From positions 10,232 to 74,231 of the forward strand of contig JBGSSF010000035.1 of the NCBI GenBank assembly GCA_041737175.1: a stretch of DNA of 64,000 bases, in the 5' to 3' direction. Of this stretch, positions 1 through 10,730 are shown one piece after another. Each line of letters begins with the position of its first letter. The stretch's first letter is position 1. Origin of the DNA: Bacteroidales bacterium (GTDB lineage: Bacteria > Bacteroidota > Bacteroidia > Bacteroidales > UBA10428). The notes beneath the pieces were generated by a model. That model ran no database searches. It saw nothing but the letters and a program-made list of their open reading frames with translations, and was not told the origin of the DNA. The translations under genes and the position numbers were made by a program.

Positions 1-1645
1 CGTCTTCCTTTTTGGGTCGAATGTATTGGGTTTCGGTATCGAATAAATTTCTGTAAAATGCGGCCTGATTCATCAGCTTTTCATAATCGCCGGTTTTACC
101 AAGCTGTTTTGCCATTTGTGCCACAGCATATGAACTGAAAGCATATTCCAGTGTGTGCGAAGCTCCAAAATTGAAAATCCATCCATTCGATAAAACCGTG
201 TCTTTGTATGGAACGTAACCGTTTTTCACAAAATAGTGAAGGTCGTATTTGCCATTCCCAAGATTACGGCCGTGGTATTCCACTTCGTTTTTAAGGGCAG
301 CCTCGTAGCCTTTGTCCACTTCAAAATCGCGGATTCCGCAGTTGTAAGCCGATGCAATAAGCAAACCCTGAAAATTGGTTTGCACACCGTTGGTGTAAAT
401 TCCGGCAGCCTCGCCATCATGCAGCCAGCCGCGGTTTTTATAATAATCGATATTCGACTGGACATACTCTTTAAAATAATCAGGGTAAACCAAAGCCCAT
501 AATTGCGAAAGATTCCAGAAACCACCCCAAATTCCATCGGTATTGAAATGCCGGTGTGTTGGCTGACCTTTTTCATTCAGTGGAATCTGCCCGATGCCGC
601 CATCCACCAGCGCATATTGTCCGTTCACATCACTCGAAATTCCTCGCCCGAGCAATGCATGGTACAATCCGGTATAAAACTTCACTTTATTTAAACTGTC
701 GGCATCTTCTACTTTAATACGTCTCAATTTTTCGTTCCACGTTTTTGCAGCCAGTTGGTGAACCTGGTCGAATGTTTTACCTGTGGATTCTGTGTCAAGA
801 TTCATTCTTCCATTGGAAACGGAAACATAACTTAGTCCTGTAGCGATTTCAAGCACCTCATCTTTCTTCATTTCGAAATTCAGGAAAAGCCCGTTTCCGA
901 TACCTTTTGTTTCAGCAATCCCGAAATTTTGAACGGAATCCACAAATGTACCAGTGGATGTTGGCGCCTTACTGAATTTCGCCACAAAATACATTTTCAC
1001 CGTTTTCCCGGGGTCGCAGAATTTGGCGTATTCAGGATACGTTTCCACATAACCTTCTACCTCATTTCCGTTTACCACCCTTGCAAAAGCATCGGTAACA
1101 GCGCCGCTTTCACCCTGCCGGTGGCCGATATCAATTATAAGATGAGCTTCTTTTGTTTCAGGAAAAGTGTACCGGTGAAAACCAACCCGTTCAGTAGCTG
1201 AAATTTCAGCTTTTATTCCGTAATCCTTCAGAAATACTGAATAATAACCGGGGTCAGCTTGCTCGGTTTCCTTGTCGAAACGCGATCGGTAGCCGCCATC
1301 AGGATTTTCGAGCGTTCCCGGAACGGTTTGAATTTTCCCAACGGTTGGCATAAAAACCAAACCGCCTATCTGAAATTCATGAAAATGGCCAAACCCCTCG
1401 ATGGAAGTGTGACGGTCGTCATACCCACAAGGGCCCCAGCTTCCAGCACTTCCATAGGCATTGGTATGGGGCGCCAGTTTTGCCATCCCGAACGGAACGG
1501 CTGCCGGTGTATAAAAGAACCAGCGCCCGTGCACCGAACCAATTTGCGGGTCAACATATTGAACCGCATTGAATTCAGACTCCATATGCCGGCTGCAGGC
1601 CGGAATCATCCATAAAAAAGGCAAAGCAAAAATCAGTTTCTTCAT
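1..1645 (-). CDS. GH92-family alpha-mannosidase, partial (C-terminus lies outside the window)
   Basis: Missing from the ORF track because it runs off the left edge. Manual minus-strand translation from the ATG at 1645..1643 stays open to position 1. It reads MKKLIFALPFLWMIPACS (signal/lipobox), VDPQIGS, PFGMAKLAPHT, GFGHFHEFQIGG and ADPGYYSVFLKDYGIKAEISATERVGFHRYTFP, which are typical GH92 signatures. Confidence 0.8.
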   Translation of the reverse strand, partial: MKKLIFALPFLWMIPACSRHMESEFNAVQYVDPQIGSVHGRWFFYTPAAVPFGMAKLAPHTNAYGSAGSWGPCGYDDRHTSIEGFGHFHEFQIGGLVFMPTVGKIQTVPGTLENPDGGYRSRFDKETEQADPGYYSVFLKDYGIKAEISATERVGFHRYTFPETKEAHLIIDIGHRQGESGAVTDAFARVVNGNEVEGYVETYPEYAKFCDPGKTVKMYFVAKFSKAPTSTGTFVDSVQNFGIAETKGIGNGLFLNFEMKKDEVLEIATGLSYVSVSNGRMNLDTESTGKTFDQVHQLAAKTWNEKLRRIKVEDADSLNKVKFYTGLYHALLGRGISSDVNGQYALVDGGIGQIPLNEKGQPTHRHFNTDGIWGGFWNLSQLWALVYPDYFKEYVQSNIDYYKNRGWLHDGEAAGIYTNGVQTNFQGLLIASAYNCGIRDFEVDKGYEAALKNEVEYHGRNLGNGKYDLHYFVKNGYVPYKDTVLSNGWIFNFGASHTLEYAFSSYAVAQMAKQLGKTGDYEKLMNQAAFYRNLFDTETQYIRPKKED

Positions 1646-1932
1646 TTTTATCTGTGTCTGTTATAAGCGTTAACAGAAAGAGAAACTCATCACAAAATAG
1701 CGGAACAAAACCATTATCTGACAGCAATTTTACAATTTATTTTCTTGACAGAGGTTCCATTGTAAATAGACTATCCTTTTAAAACTTGTACAATCCTATT
1801 ATTCAAAACCTCACAATTTTCTATATCCCTTCCAGTTTTTTTTCGTATTTTTCTACTAAAACAACCATCTGATAGCATATAATACAATAGATTATTTTTC
1901 TATATTAACGTATTACAATTTTACATTTTCCA

Positions 1933-2844
1933 ATGAAAACGAATTTGGAAATACCGGAACCACAAACGGGTAAAAAAGACCATTTCTTTGGCGACCGAAG
2001 TGTTGTTTTATCTAAAAAACAAATTGAATTGGTTTTGAATAATCCGATAATTTCAGATTCATTCATTACTGATATCGGTTTTTATCCAAACGCGCGAAAC
2101 CATTACCGGAAACGAAAAAAAGGAATTGGACAAAACATCCTGATCTATTGTATTGGTGGCAGTGGCACAGTTCACGTTAAAGGCCGGTTTCACCAGGTAA
2201 CCCCTGATTCGTATTTCATTATACCGGCTGGTGAACCCCATTCTTACTGGGCATCAGAAGAAACACCATGGTCAATTTACTGGCTGCATTTTGCAGGTGT
2301 AAAAACGAAACATTTCGATAGGTTTTTTTGCCAGGTTGTTCCAATCAGCCACACATCAAACGCCCGTATCGATTACAGAATTAACCAGTTTAACGAGTTG
2401 CTTACTGCATTGGAAATGGGTTTTTCAAAAGAAAATATAGAATATGTTAATTTATGTCTGAACAGCTTGCTGGCCTCATTTTTCTATGTCGATACCTTCC
2501 GTTCGGCTAAAGGAATTCATAGCAACGACCCGGTCGATTTATCAATTTTGTATATGCAGCAAAACGTGAGTAAGTGCCTTAAAATAGAGGACATTGCCTC
2601 ACATGTAAAGCTTTCCAAGTCGCATCTTTCAAAGCTATTCCGAAATAAAACGGGGTTTTCACCTATCGATTATTTTATCGGTCTTAAAATGCAGGAAGCC
2701 ATCCGCCTGCTTATCAACAAGTCTTTACGGATTAAAGAGGTGGCTTTTAAGCTAGGGTATACCGACCAGTATTACTTTACCAGGATATTTACCAAGCAAA
2801 TCGGATCAAGTCCGGCTTCATTTATTAAAACCAGCCGCTGCTAA
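1933..2844 (+). CDS. AraC-family transcriptional regulator (N-terminal cupin-like sensor, C-terminal HTH)
   Basis: 303 aa. The C-terminal IEDIASHVKLSKSHLSKLFRNKTGFSP...GYTDQYYFTRIFTKQIGSSP is the AraC double-HTH. It is divergent from the GH92 gene. Confidence 0.85.
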   Translation: MKTNLEIPEPQTGKKDHFFGDRSVVLSKKQIELVLNNPIISDSFITDIGFYPNARNHYRKRKKGIGQNILIYCIGGSGTVHVKGRFHQVTPDSYFIIPAGEPHSYWASEETPWSIYWLHFAGVKTKHFDRFFCQVVPISHTSNARIDYRINQFNELLTALEMGFSKENIEYVNLCLNSLLASFFYVDTFRSAKGIHSNDPVDLSILYMQQNVSKCLKIEDIASHVKLSKSHLSKLFRNKTGFSPIDYFIGLKMQEAIRLLINKSLRIKEVAFKLGYTDQYYFTRIFTKQIGSSPASFIKTSRC

Positions 2845-2901
2845 TCAGAAAGCCTGGCCGGAAAATTTTCCCATACGGCTACACCGTAACATCATCTGTT
2901 A

Positions 2902-5900
2902 TTAAATCTGCGAAATCAGTTGAAGATGTTTTAAAGCACTCAGATTAGCCCTTTCATCATCAATAACTTCCTGCAATAATTTCCGACTCCTGGTTTTATT
3001 TCCCAGTCCCAGTTCTCCCAGCCCAATCAGATATTTACAAAGCAGGTTATTCCGTTTATCCAAATCGCTATCCCAAATCAATAAATCCGGAAGTGAAATA
3101 GCAAAATAGTCGATTTCAATAGGATCGTTAAAATGGGCTTCACCAAAATCAACCAGTTTTCTGAAACATTCGAGCGCTTCTTTTTCCTTACCGATTTTCT
3201 GCAAGGCCAAACCCTGGTAAAAAGTGATATCGGGTTGCTGGTCATTGTAAAACATGGCTGCCGAAACCACGTTTAAACCGGATGTCGCTTCTATCCATGC
3301 ATTATGTGCATTCTGCATTTGGCCTGCTTTTTCGTAAGCTACTCCCAGCCAGAAAAACAACTCGTTCTCTTTTGCGCCATAAAGTTTTCCTTCTCCAAGA
3401 TTTTCGGGATAATGTTGTACTTTCAACAACAGACTTATTGCCTTTCCCGGGTCATTGTCGCGAATAGCTTTTTTTGCCATGGCAATCAAGCTGAAAACAT
3501 ATTGACTGGTTACCTTTCCTTCTCCCCCTTCCCAAGGATGAAACCTGCGCGACATGATCATTTCGAAGGCTCTTTCGTACTCACCCAAAACATTCAGCAA
3601 ACTGGCCTGTTCAAGATACAAATCATCGCGATAGTTAACCAATTCAGGATAATTCTGTAAAAAAGCCAGCCTTTCTTCCGGGTTGCGGTTGAGACGCTTG
3701 TAAAGCTGGTCGAGTTCCATCAGGATACGGGCATCACAAGTGTCGATACTGAATGCTTTCTCGAGTAATTCAACTGCCCTTTTAGGATCATGAAGTTTAT
3801 TAAAACAGGCCAGCGCCAGGTTTCTGAGTGATGTTGGGAAAGTTCCGTTTAACTCCACTGCTTTCTCCCAACACGATATGGCTGCAATATAGTTCTTAAA
3901 TGCGTACCATAAATTTCCAAGATAATACAAAGCCTTATCATCGGCAGGGCTCACGCTGATTGCCCATTCCAATGCTACCACCGATTCGGGTTGGTTTGGG
4001 AAACCGAAATCAGGCGAAACCGAAGCTGCTTTATTTAATGTTTCCGGCCATACACCATGCATTCCAGCCCTCATCTCGAACCAGGCTTTGTAATAAAGCG
4101 CCATAGGGTAAATTCTGTCTTTATCCTGTAAATCAATTCCTGTAGAAATAACTTCAATGGCATCGTGGTAAAGCCCGGCCCAGGCATAGTCAAGAGCAAA
4201 TTCAACATAGTTGTGAATATTTCCCCTGATGAGCTTATTCATCTCGCCAAGTACCTGTTTGTTGCCTGTCAGTTTGAATTTTTCGTAATATAAACCGAAA
4301 TTAAAGCGGTCGATAACGATTGATTCGTCACATAGATTCAGCGCTTCTTCCATTCTTCCTGAATACCTGAGAATACTCGTTTTTAACTGGCGGGCTTTGT
4401 GGTTGTGCCAGTTTCTTAATAAGGAACGGTTTATATGGTCGAGTGCTTCGTCCAGCCGGCCAAACATGGTATCAATACATGCAACCTGAAAATAGCCGCT
4501 GTCCATCCATGCCGCATTCCAAACCGACTTGTAAAAGTATTTATAGGCCTCATCATATTGCCCCAGAAAACTGTTAGCCAGACCCAGATTGAAGAGTGCT
4601 TCACCATCGTAAGGATTTGGATTACGTTCGGTAACGGTATTAACTGCCTTTGTTACATAATCTTTTGCTTTAATGAATTGTCCGCGACGCAGATACCACA
4701 AACCCAGTGCGTTGTTACAACGATAATCTCCCGGATCGCGGGCAAGCGCTTCTTCGTAATACGGGCGTGGGTCGTAGGTGGCATGACGGTACTGCTCGAT
4801 GTGATGGCCGGTTAAAAACAACTGTTCATTGCTTTCAATTTCGGAAGGTTTTTTTGCAGCTTTAGCCGGCTCGGGTAGAATATTCTCCTTCCCGGAATCC
4901 GGTGAATATTCAGCCAAAATTTTCCCTTCAGCCGAACTTACCTTCAATTTCAGATATTCAGGTTTACAATCCACCGGAGTGGCCATTCTTTTATGATACG
5001 AAACCGAAGGATCAAAATTGAATTTTTCTTCCGAAAGTTTTTCATTTCCATACATCAGAATTACTCTGCCCTGCTGATATACACCCGAAGTAAAGACTTT
5101 AATTTCAATTTCACTTTTATCCAGTTCAAGATTCACCAATGCTTCTTTTGTGGCGCATTTTACAACCCCCACATCGCGGTATGGAATAAAGTACTGCGTG
5201 AATGTTTTTTCCTCATTTGGCATTAACCATGAAAAGTCGGGCTGATTATCGGTATAAACGCCACACATCAGCTCAATGTAAGGTCCATCTTCGTCGGTCA
5301 GATTGCGGTCCCAGGCCTGGCCGAAATCTCCGTGTCCCCAGGTCCATTGCTTTTTACCGGGCGAAACATGATGATTGGCCACATGGATCAAACCGCCCCT
5401 AGTATCATTTTCATAACCGCCAACAAAATCGTAACCGGAGTTGATGGCCATGTAAGATGTGGGAACCGGGATATTTTTATACCGCGAAATATCAGTTCCG
5501 GGCGAGTAGTCCACTTTGTAGTAAGTTCCCTTTGCAATGGGAAATTCAGAAACATCGCGTTTACCATGATCGAATACTGCATAAACATCGGGTGGAAAAA
5601 CCGACTGGTATTCATCGTTCACTTTTACTGCCGGGTTGGCCCACCATAAAAAGGTTTGCGGGAAACTGGTACGGTTATAAAGTTTAACTTTTATTTCGAG
5701 GTACGCTTTGTCGGGGTGCAATGTAAAACCAGCCATACCACGGGTCCGGAACATGCGTTCCAGTTCGTTGCACCAAACGGTAACACTTCCGTCACTGTTA
5801 TTTTCGATGCAAAAATCGGTGGGTTCGAAAGTTGAAGGACGGTGATGCTGTGGCCAGTTAAACTCAATTCCGCCTGAAATCCAGGGACCTGTTAACCCTA

Positions 5901-6207
5901 CCAAAGCCGGTTTAATCACCTGGTTATAATAAACAAAATGTCGTTGTTTCGATTTATCCCACGCCATTTGCACGCGCCCGCCCAATTCAGGCAAAAGCAT
6001 GATTTTCAGGTAATCGTTTTCAATATAAATGGCCTGATAGGTTTTATCTTCTTTTTGGTCGAGAATTTTTTCGATAACGGGATGCGGATACACTACACCG
6101 CTGCTTCCCTGGTAAACTCTTTTTTCGAGAAACATAGGATTCTTTTCGGGCTTACCGATTCCATAGGTTGGAATAGTAACTTCTTCAATCCATGCTTTTA
6201 CTTTCAT
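2902..6207 (-). CDS. DUF5107-domain protein with a long C-terminal TPR region
   Basis: 1101 aa. The N-terminus MKVKAWIEEVTIPTYGIGKPEKNPMFLEKRVYQGSSGVVYP matches the DUF5107 start. The C-terminal two thirds are TPR-like helical repeats. Confidence 0.7.
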   Translation of the reverse strand: MKVKAWIEEVTIPTYGIGKPEKNPMFLEKRVYQGSSGVVYPHPVIEKILDQKEDKTYQAIYIENDYLKIMLLPELGGRVQMAWDKSKQRHFVYYNQVIKPALVGLTGPWISGGIEFNWPQHHRPSTFEPTDFCIENNSDGSVTVWCNELERMFRTRGMAGFTLHPDKAYLEIKVKLYNRTSFPQTFLWWANPAVKVNDEYQSVFPPDVYAVFDHGKRDVSEFPIAKGTYYKVDYSPGTDISRYKNIPVPTSYMAINSGYDFVGGYENDTRGGLIHVANHHVSPGKKQWTWGHGDFGQAWDRNLTDEDGPYIELMCGVYTDNQPDFSWLMPNEEKTFTQYFIPYRDVGVVKCATKEALVNLELDKSEIEIKVFTSGVYQQGRVILMYGNEKLSEEKFNFDPSVSYHKRMATPVDCKPEYLKLKVSSAEGKILAEYSPDSGKENILPEPAKAAKKPSEIESNEQLFLTGHHIEQYRHATYDPRPYYEEALARDPGDYRCNNALGLWYLRRGQFIKAKDYVTKAVNTVTERNPNPYDGEALFNLGLANSFLGQYDEAYKYFYKSVWNAAWMDSGYFQVACIDTMFGRLDEALDHINRSLLRNWHNHKARQLKTSILRYSGRMEEALNLCDESIVIDRFNFGLYYEKFKLTGNKQVLGEMNKLIRGNIHNYVEFALDYAWAGLYHDAIEVISTGIDLQDKDRIYPMALYYKAWFEMRAGMHGVWPETLNKAASVSPDFGFPNQPESVVALEWAISVSPADDKALYYLGNLWYAFKNYIAAISCWEKAVELNGTFPTSLRNLALACFNKLHDPKRAVELLEKAFSIDTCDARILMELDQLYKRLNRNPEERLAFLQNYPELVNYRDDLYLEQASLLNVLGEYERAFEMIMSRRFHPWEGGEGKVTSQYVFSLIAMAKKAIRDNDPGKAISLLLKVQHYPENLGEGKLYGAKENELFFWLGVAYEKAGQMQNAHNAWIEATSGLNVVSAAMFYNDQQPDITFYQGLALQKIGKEKEALECFRKLVDFGEAHFNDPIEIDYFAISLPDLLIWDSDLDKRNNLLCKYLIGLGELGLGNKTRSRKLLQEVIDDERANLSALKHLQLISQI

Positions 6208-6235
6208 TTCTTAAAAGATGATTTATTTGTTACGG

Positions 6236-9070
6236 TTATTTCGATTTTACTAGCGCTATTAATTGTTCTGATTTGATCTCGGTAACAGGGTTAAAATGAG
6301 TGCCTGCAAGGTATTTCTTCAGGCTGAAAAGCAGTTGCTGTGCTTCGGGTCGTTTATTCAATCCGGTTATCAAATCGATGCTGCTGACCATGATTTTCCC
6401 CTTTCCCATTTTTGCCTCGAAAATCAGCGCCAGCGGACGATTTGTAACCCAATCGTCGATTACACGCACTACCGGTTTTAAATCGGCGTTTATTTTCGCA
6501 AGGTTCATTGCCTGTCCGTGATTCATAGCGTCCCACCATTGCCAGTTGCTGTAGTATTCTGTTGGGAAATCAGCCAGCGCAGGGTGTAACGGATTCACGA
6601 GGATGCCCAGTGTGTGAGGCCCCTGACCGCCTGTCCAGGCCGTGTTCCAGAAAATACTGGAAAAACCGGTCTTAATATTTCCACCCATTTCAGGAGACAG
6701 TGTTCCTTGTTTCAATGTTAAAAGCACAGTTCCTCCATCTTCTATAAATTTCAGCGTTGGGGCATCGGGTTGATGAACTACTTTGATTTTGTCAGTTCCG
6801 GTAACTGACTCATATGTTGCCGGATACACCCAAATATCCCAGCTGTTCAGGAATTCTCCGATGGCAATTTCAAGTACCAGCTTTTGGGCGGTTTTGGCAA
6901 AATCAAGCCGTACCGAAATCTTTCCGAGTTTTGTGCCATTTCCGGGCGGAATATCAGTTGACGGAAGTAATCCTTCCTTAACAGTTATCCCTGATGGTTC
7001 TATGATTTTCCATTTTGGCGTACAACTCTCAATAGGGCCATTTCCATAATGAGCCACTTCAACCTCAGCTTCCAGAGATTCACTATTTTTAAAAATGAAT
7101 TTTTTCATTCGTGCCAGCGGAACGGTGGAATTACAAAAACGACTGTATTCGGCGGGTGTTATATATCCTTTTTCCAGCCAGAAAGGGTTGAGTACGCCAA
7201 CCAATGCAGTTCCCTGTCCGGGGAAATCGTGCAGGTCGAGTAACTGGAAACCGCCAAAACCCAACGTGCGCAAAGCAGCTTCAATATCGGCCTTGTAACA
7301 TAGCGCCTGCAACTTACCTGAAGCCAACAAAAAACTATCGGCAAGGTGCAACATTCCATTTTCTTTCAATGATTCCTGAAATATCTCAAAATTTTTAGCC
7401 CTTACCACCCCATCATATTTTGCAATTTCCTTATAATCAGGATAAACACACCATTGACCTATTTCGTGGCTAACTACCGGCTGTGTAAACATTTCAATTC
7501 TCGTTTCCCAGTCGTAATCGCTTTTCGGAGGTTCGGCATTGATGATGGAGCGCATTTCCTCGCCCCACGCCTGAATACGCGGATCGGGTGTGTTCAGGTA
7601 ATCGTTCACATCAAGATTTGGCCAGCCGGCAGCCGAAACATAAATTCTTCGTTTGTCTTTGTTTTTCCAGTAATTGACAAATTCGGTTAAAAATGACTGG
7701 TAATTGGGGCCTCCGGGTTCGTTGCCATATGCCATCATGCAAAACGAAGGGTGATTTCCATAGGATTCAATCATTCTTTCACTCTCTTCATACAGGTATT
7801 TATCAAAAGGTCTGCCGTCGCCAAGTGTGGTTGACTGGTTAGCCCACGATGAGCATTCAACCTGCAGATAAAAACCAGCCTCATCGGCCGCTTCGAAAGC
7901 CGCTTTCGGCGGACACCAAGAATGAAAACGCATGTGATTCAGCCCATGCGCCCGGCAAATACCAAAAATTCGCAACCACTCCTTTTTATCCGTTGGAGGA
8001 AATCCTGTTTTCGGGAAAATGGCGCATTCAAGTGTTCCGCGCAAAAAAACAGGGTTTCCGTTTATCAGAATCTGTTTTCCTGAAACAGAAAATTCGCGCA
8101 TTCCAAAAGTTGTTTCTACCGAATGGGTACTACCGGAAGCATCCGTTAAAATGGCCTGCAATTGATACAAATCGGGGTGAAATTCGCTCCATGTTTTTAC
8201 ATCTTCGCCCATCCCGTATGTAATTGAAATCAAATTTTCTCCGGGTTGAACATCAAATTCAGAATTTTTTGGTTCAGGTGAAGTTGAACCGGTAACTTTC
8301 ATTTCAATTTTGATTTTTCCGGCATCACTGCTTTTCACTTTGAATTTAGCTTCAACCGTTTTATTAAGTATATCAGGAAAAAGCTGCATATTCTGAATAT
8401 TTGTTACAGGGCGTGCCTCAAGGAAAAGCTGACCGACCATCCCGTTCCAGTTGGTTTGGGTATGGTCAGAAATGCTGTGTGAGTTTATTCCGGGATCGAA
8501 ATCCTTCACCCTGTTATCGATGCAAATCGTTAGGGTATGTTTGCCGGGAGTTACCCATTGCGATAGATTGTAGACATGCGGTGTTCCAAGGGAGTTTTGC
8601 ATTCCTGCCTCATGGTTGTCAAGCCATACGTGGCTTTCCCAGTGACACCGTTCGAGAAAAAGCAGGATATCCTTTCCTTTCCAACTCGTTGGAATATCAA
8701 TTTCTTTCTGAAACCAGGCAGCGCCTTTATAATATTTTACGGGCTGCAGCCAGAAGGGTACTTTAAAATTGTCCGGTTCACGGTACCTGGCATATTCTGA
8801 ATTTTTAAAAAATGAACTATCCACAACCTGACCAGTCCACGGGGTGTTCAGGTTAATTTCGTTTCCTATTCCATTGGAAGTAAGCGAGCCGGGAAGTTGA
8901 ATCACATCGCCCAGGTTTTTTGAAAACCATTTTTCGGAGATTCCGGAATCGTTTGAGTCGAGCGCAAAATTCCACGCACCCGAAAGGTCAATTTTTTGTG
9001 CATTGTCTGGCTTCTGACACCCCAGGAAACATGCAGAAACAACAATTAAAAGCAAGTATTTTGTTTTCAT
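6236..9070 (-). CDS. GH2-like glycoside hydrolase, lipoprotein
   Basis: 944 aa. Lipobox LLIVVSACFLGC. A GH2 sugar-binding-like segment (AWFQKEIDIPTSWKGKDILLFLERCHWESHVWLDN) is followed by a TIM-barrel segment (NGNPVFLRGTLE...HGLNHMRFHSWCPP...YLQVECSSW). Confidence 0.7.
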   Translation of the reverse strand: MKTKYLLLIVVSACFLGCQKPDNAQKIDLSGAWNFALDSNDSGISEKWFSKNLGDVIQLPGSLTSNGIGNEINLNTPWTGQVVDSSFFKNSEYARYREPDNFKVPFWLQPVKYYKGAAWFQKEIDIPTSWKGKDILLFLERCHWESHVWLDNHEAGMQNSLGTPHVYNLSQWVTPGKHTLTICIDNRVKDFDPGINSHSISDHTQTNWNGMVGQLFLEARPVTNIQNMQLFPDILNKTVEAKFKVKSSDAGKIKIEMKVTGSTSPEPKNSEFDVQPGENLISITYGMGEDVKTWSEFHPDLYQLQAILTDASGSTHSVETTFGMREFSVSGKQILINGNPVFLRGTLECAIFPKTGFPPTDKKEWLRIFGICRAHGLNHMRFHSWCPPKAAFEAADEAGFYLQVECSSWANQSTTLGDGRPFDKYLYEESERMIESYGNHPSFCMMAYGNEPGGPNYQSFLTEFVNYWKNKDKRRIYVSAAGWPNLDVNDYLNTPDPRIQAWGEEMRSIINAEPPKSDYDWETRIEMFTQPVVSHEIGQWCVYPDYKEIAKYDGVVRAKNFEIFQESLKENGMLHLADSFLLASGKLQALCYKADIEAALRTLGFGGFQLLDLHDFPGQGTALVGVLNPFWLEKGYITPAEYSRFCNSTVPLARMKKFIFKNSESLEAEVEVAHYGNGPIESCTPKWKIIEPSGITVKEGLLPSTDIPPGNGTKLGKISVRLDFAKTAQKLVLEIAIGEFLNSWDIWVYPATYESVTGTDKIKVVHQPDAPTLKFIEDGGTVLLTLKQGTLSPEMGGNIKTGFSSIFWNTAWTGGQGPHTLGILVNPLHPALADFPTEYYSNWQWWDAMNHGQAMNLAKINADLKPVVRVIDDWVTNRPLALIFEAKMGKGKIMVSSIDLITGLNKRPEAQQLLFSLKKYLAGTHFNPVTEIKSEQLIALVKSK

Positions 9071-9106
9071 AATCGGGTACTATTTTTTAATCAGTTAAAT
9101 ATCAAA

Positions 9107-10492
9107 TTACAGTTTCTGGTCCATTTTCTCAATTTCCTCAAGTGTTTTACCCTTCGTTTCCGGGAGTTTTTTCAAAATAAGAATAAACCCTGCTACACAG
9201 ATAATTGCATAAAGCCAGAAGGTTCCACTGGCTTTTAGTATTTTATTCAGGATCGGGAATGTGTAGGTAAGAATAAAACAGGCAATCCACAAGGCGGATG
9301 TGGCAACTGCCATAGCAGCGCCCCGAATCCGGTTTGGAAATATCTCAGAAAGCACCACCCATGTAATAGGGGCGAGTGTCATAGCATACGCAGCTATGGC
9401 AGTCATCACCAGGAACAGGACGACTATGCCCTTCCATGCAAGAAAATAGCCTGAACCGAGAATGAAATATATTATTGCCAGCCCTGATGCCCCTGTTAAC
9501 ATGAGTTTACGGCGCCCCCAGCTATCAACCAGCCTCATGGCCAACAAAGTAAAAACCAGGTTAACAGTACCGGTTATAACCACGTTAAACAACATATCGG
9601 TAACCGAAAATCCGGCTGAAGTAAATACTTCTTCAGCATAATTGAAAATGACATTGATACCACACCATTGTTGAAAAACTGCCAGAAAAATGCCGATCAT
9701 CATAACCGGCCGTATTTCCTTAGCTAACAACTGTTTCCATTCTACCTGATGATGCGTATGCTGCAGGCTCTCGCTGATTGCTTTTGTTTCATCGGCTGCG
9801 TATTCTTTTCCTCCGATTCTCGTAAGAATCCGTTCCGCAGCATCCCATTTGCCCGATTTGCCCAAAAACCTCGGGCTTTCGGGAATAATAAACGATAAAA
9901 TGAAAAACATAAGCGCAGGTACGCCACCTGCCCAGAACATCCAGCGCCATCCAACCTGACCATTCCACGAATTCAGGATGTATTCATTGGTTGCACCATC
10001 CGGTACTTTTTCGGCAATCAGGAAATTTGTAATTTGTGCAGCCAGAATTCCAAGAACAATGGTAAGCTGATTAATGGAAACCAGCCTGCCGCGAAAACCT
10101 GCCGGCGATATTTCGGCAATATACATGGGTGAAATGGCCGAAGCCAGCCCGATTCCCAGACCACCTATCAATCTGTAAACCACAAATACGGTAAAATCAT
10201 TTGCCATCCCGGTACCGATAGCGGCCATTGTGAAAAGGGTGGCTGCAATAATCAACAGCTTTTTCCGCCCAAATCGTTCGGTAAAATAACCTGAACTCAT
10301 GGCTCCGAAAAGACACCCGATTAATGCACTGCTCATGGCCCAACCCTGCAAATGCGCTGAGGAAGTGATATCGAAAAAACGTTCGTAAAAGGGCTTGGCC
10401 CCGCCAATCACCACCCAGTCGTACCCAAAAAGCAATCCCCCCATTGCCGATACAAGGGTTATACCAAGAATAAACGGTTTATTATATTTCAT
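9107..10492 (-). CDS. MFS sugar porter (sugar:H+ symporter family)
   Basis: 461 aa with 12 predicted TM segments. Sugar-porter signatures: GLLFGYD, GRKKLL, PESPRFL, PETKGKTLEEIE. Confidence 0.85.
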   Translation of the reverse strand: MKYNKPFILGITLVSAMGGLLFGYDWVVIGGAKPFYERFFDITSSAHLQGWAMSSALIGCLFGAMSSGYFTERFGRKKLLIIAATLFTMAAIGTGMANDFTVFVVYRLIGGLGIGLASAISPMYIAEISPAGFRGRLVSINQLTIVLGILAAQITNFLIAEKVPDGATNEYILNSWNGQVGWRWMFWAGGVPALMFFILSFIIPESPRFLGKSGKWDAAERILTRIGGKEYAADETKAISESLQHTHHQVEWKQLLAKEIRPVMMIGIFLAVFQQWCGINVIFNYAEEVFTSAGFSVTDMLFNVVITGTVNLVFTLLAMRLVDSWGRRKLMLTGASGLAIIYFILGSGYFLAWKGIVVLFLVMTAIAAYAMTLAPITWVVLSEIFPNRIRGAAMAVATSALWIACFILTYTFPILNKILKASGTFWLYAIICVAGFILILKKLPETKGKTLEEIEKMDQKL

Positions 10493-10730
10493 TTGTCTTG
10501 AAATTATTCCGATTACTTATAATCCATGTAAAGCTATGGATAAAGAAAAATATCAGAAATGAACTATCAAATTAAAAAATAGACAATACGATTGTGAGAA
10601 GTGTTACATATTGCGTTAATCGGTGATAATAACCAAGTATTTCATACCAGCTCTTTGAGCCAGGTTTAACCATTGGTCTAAATTTTGTAGCGTATCATAA
10701 CTTTAACAGAGAATTCTCAACATAAAATAT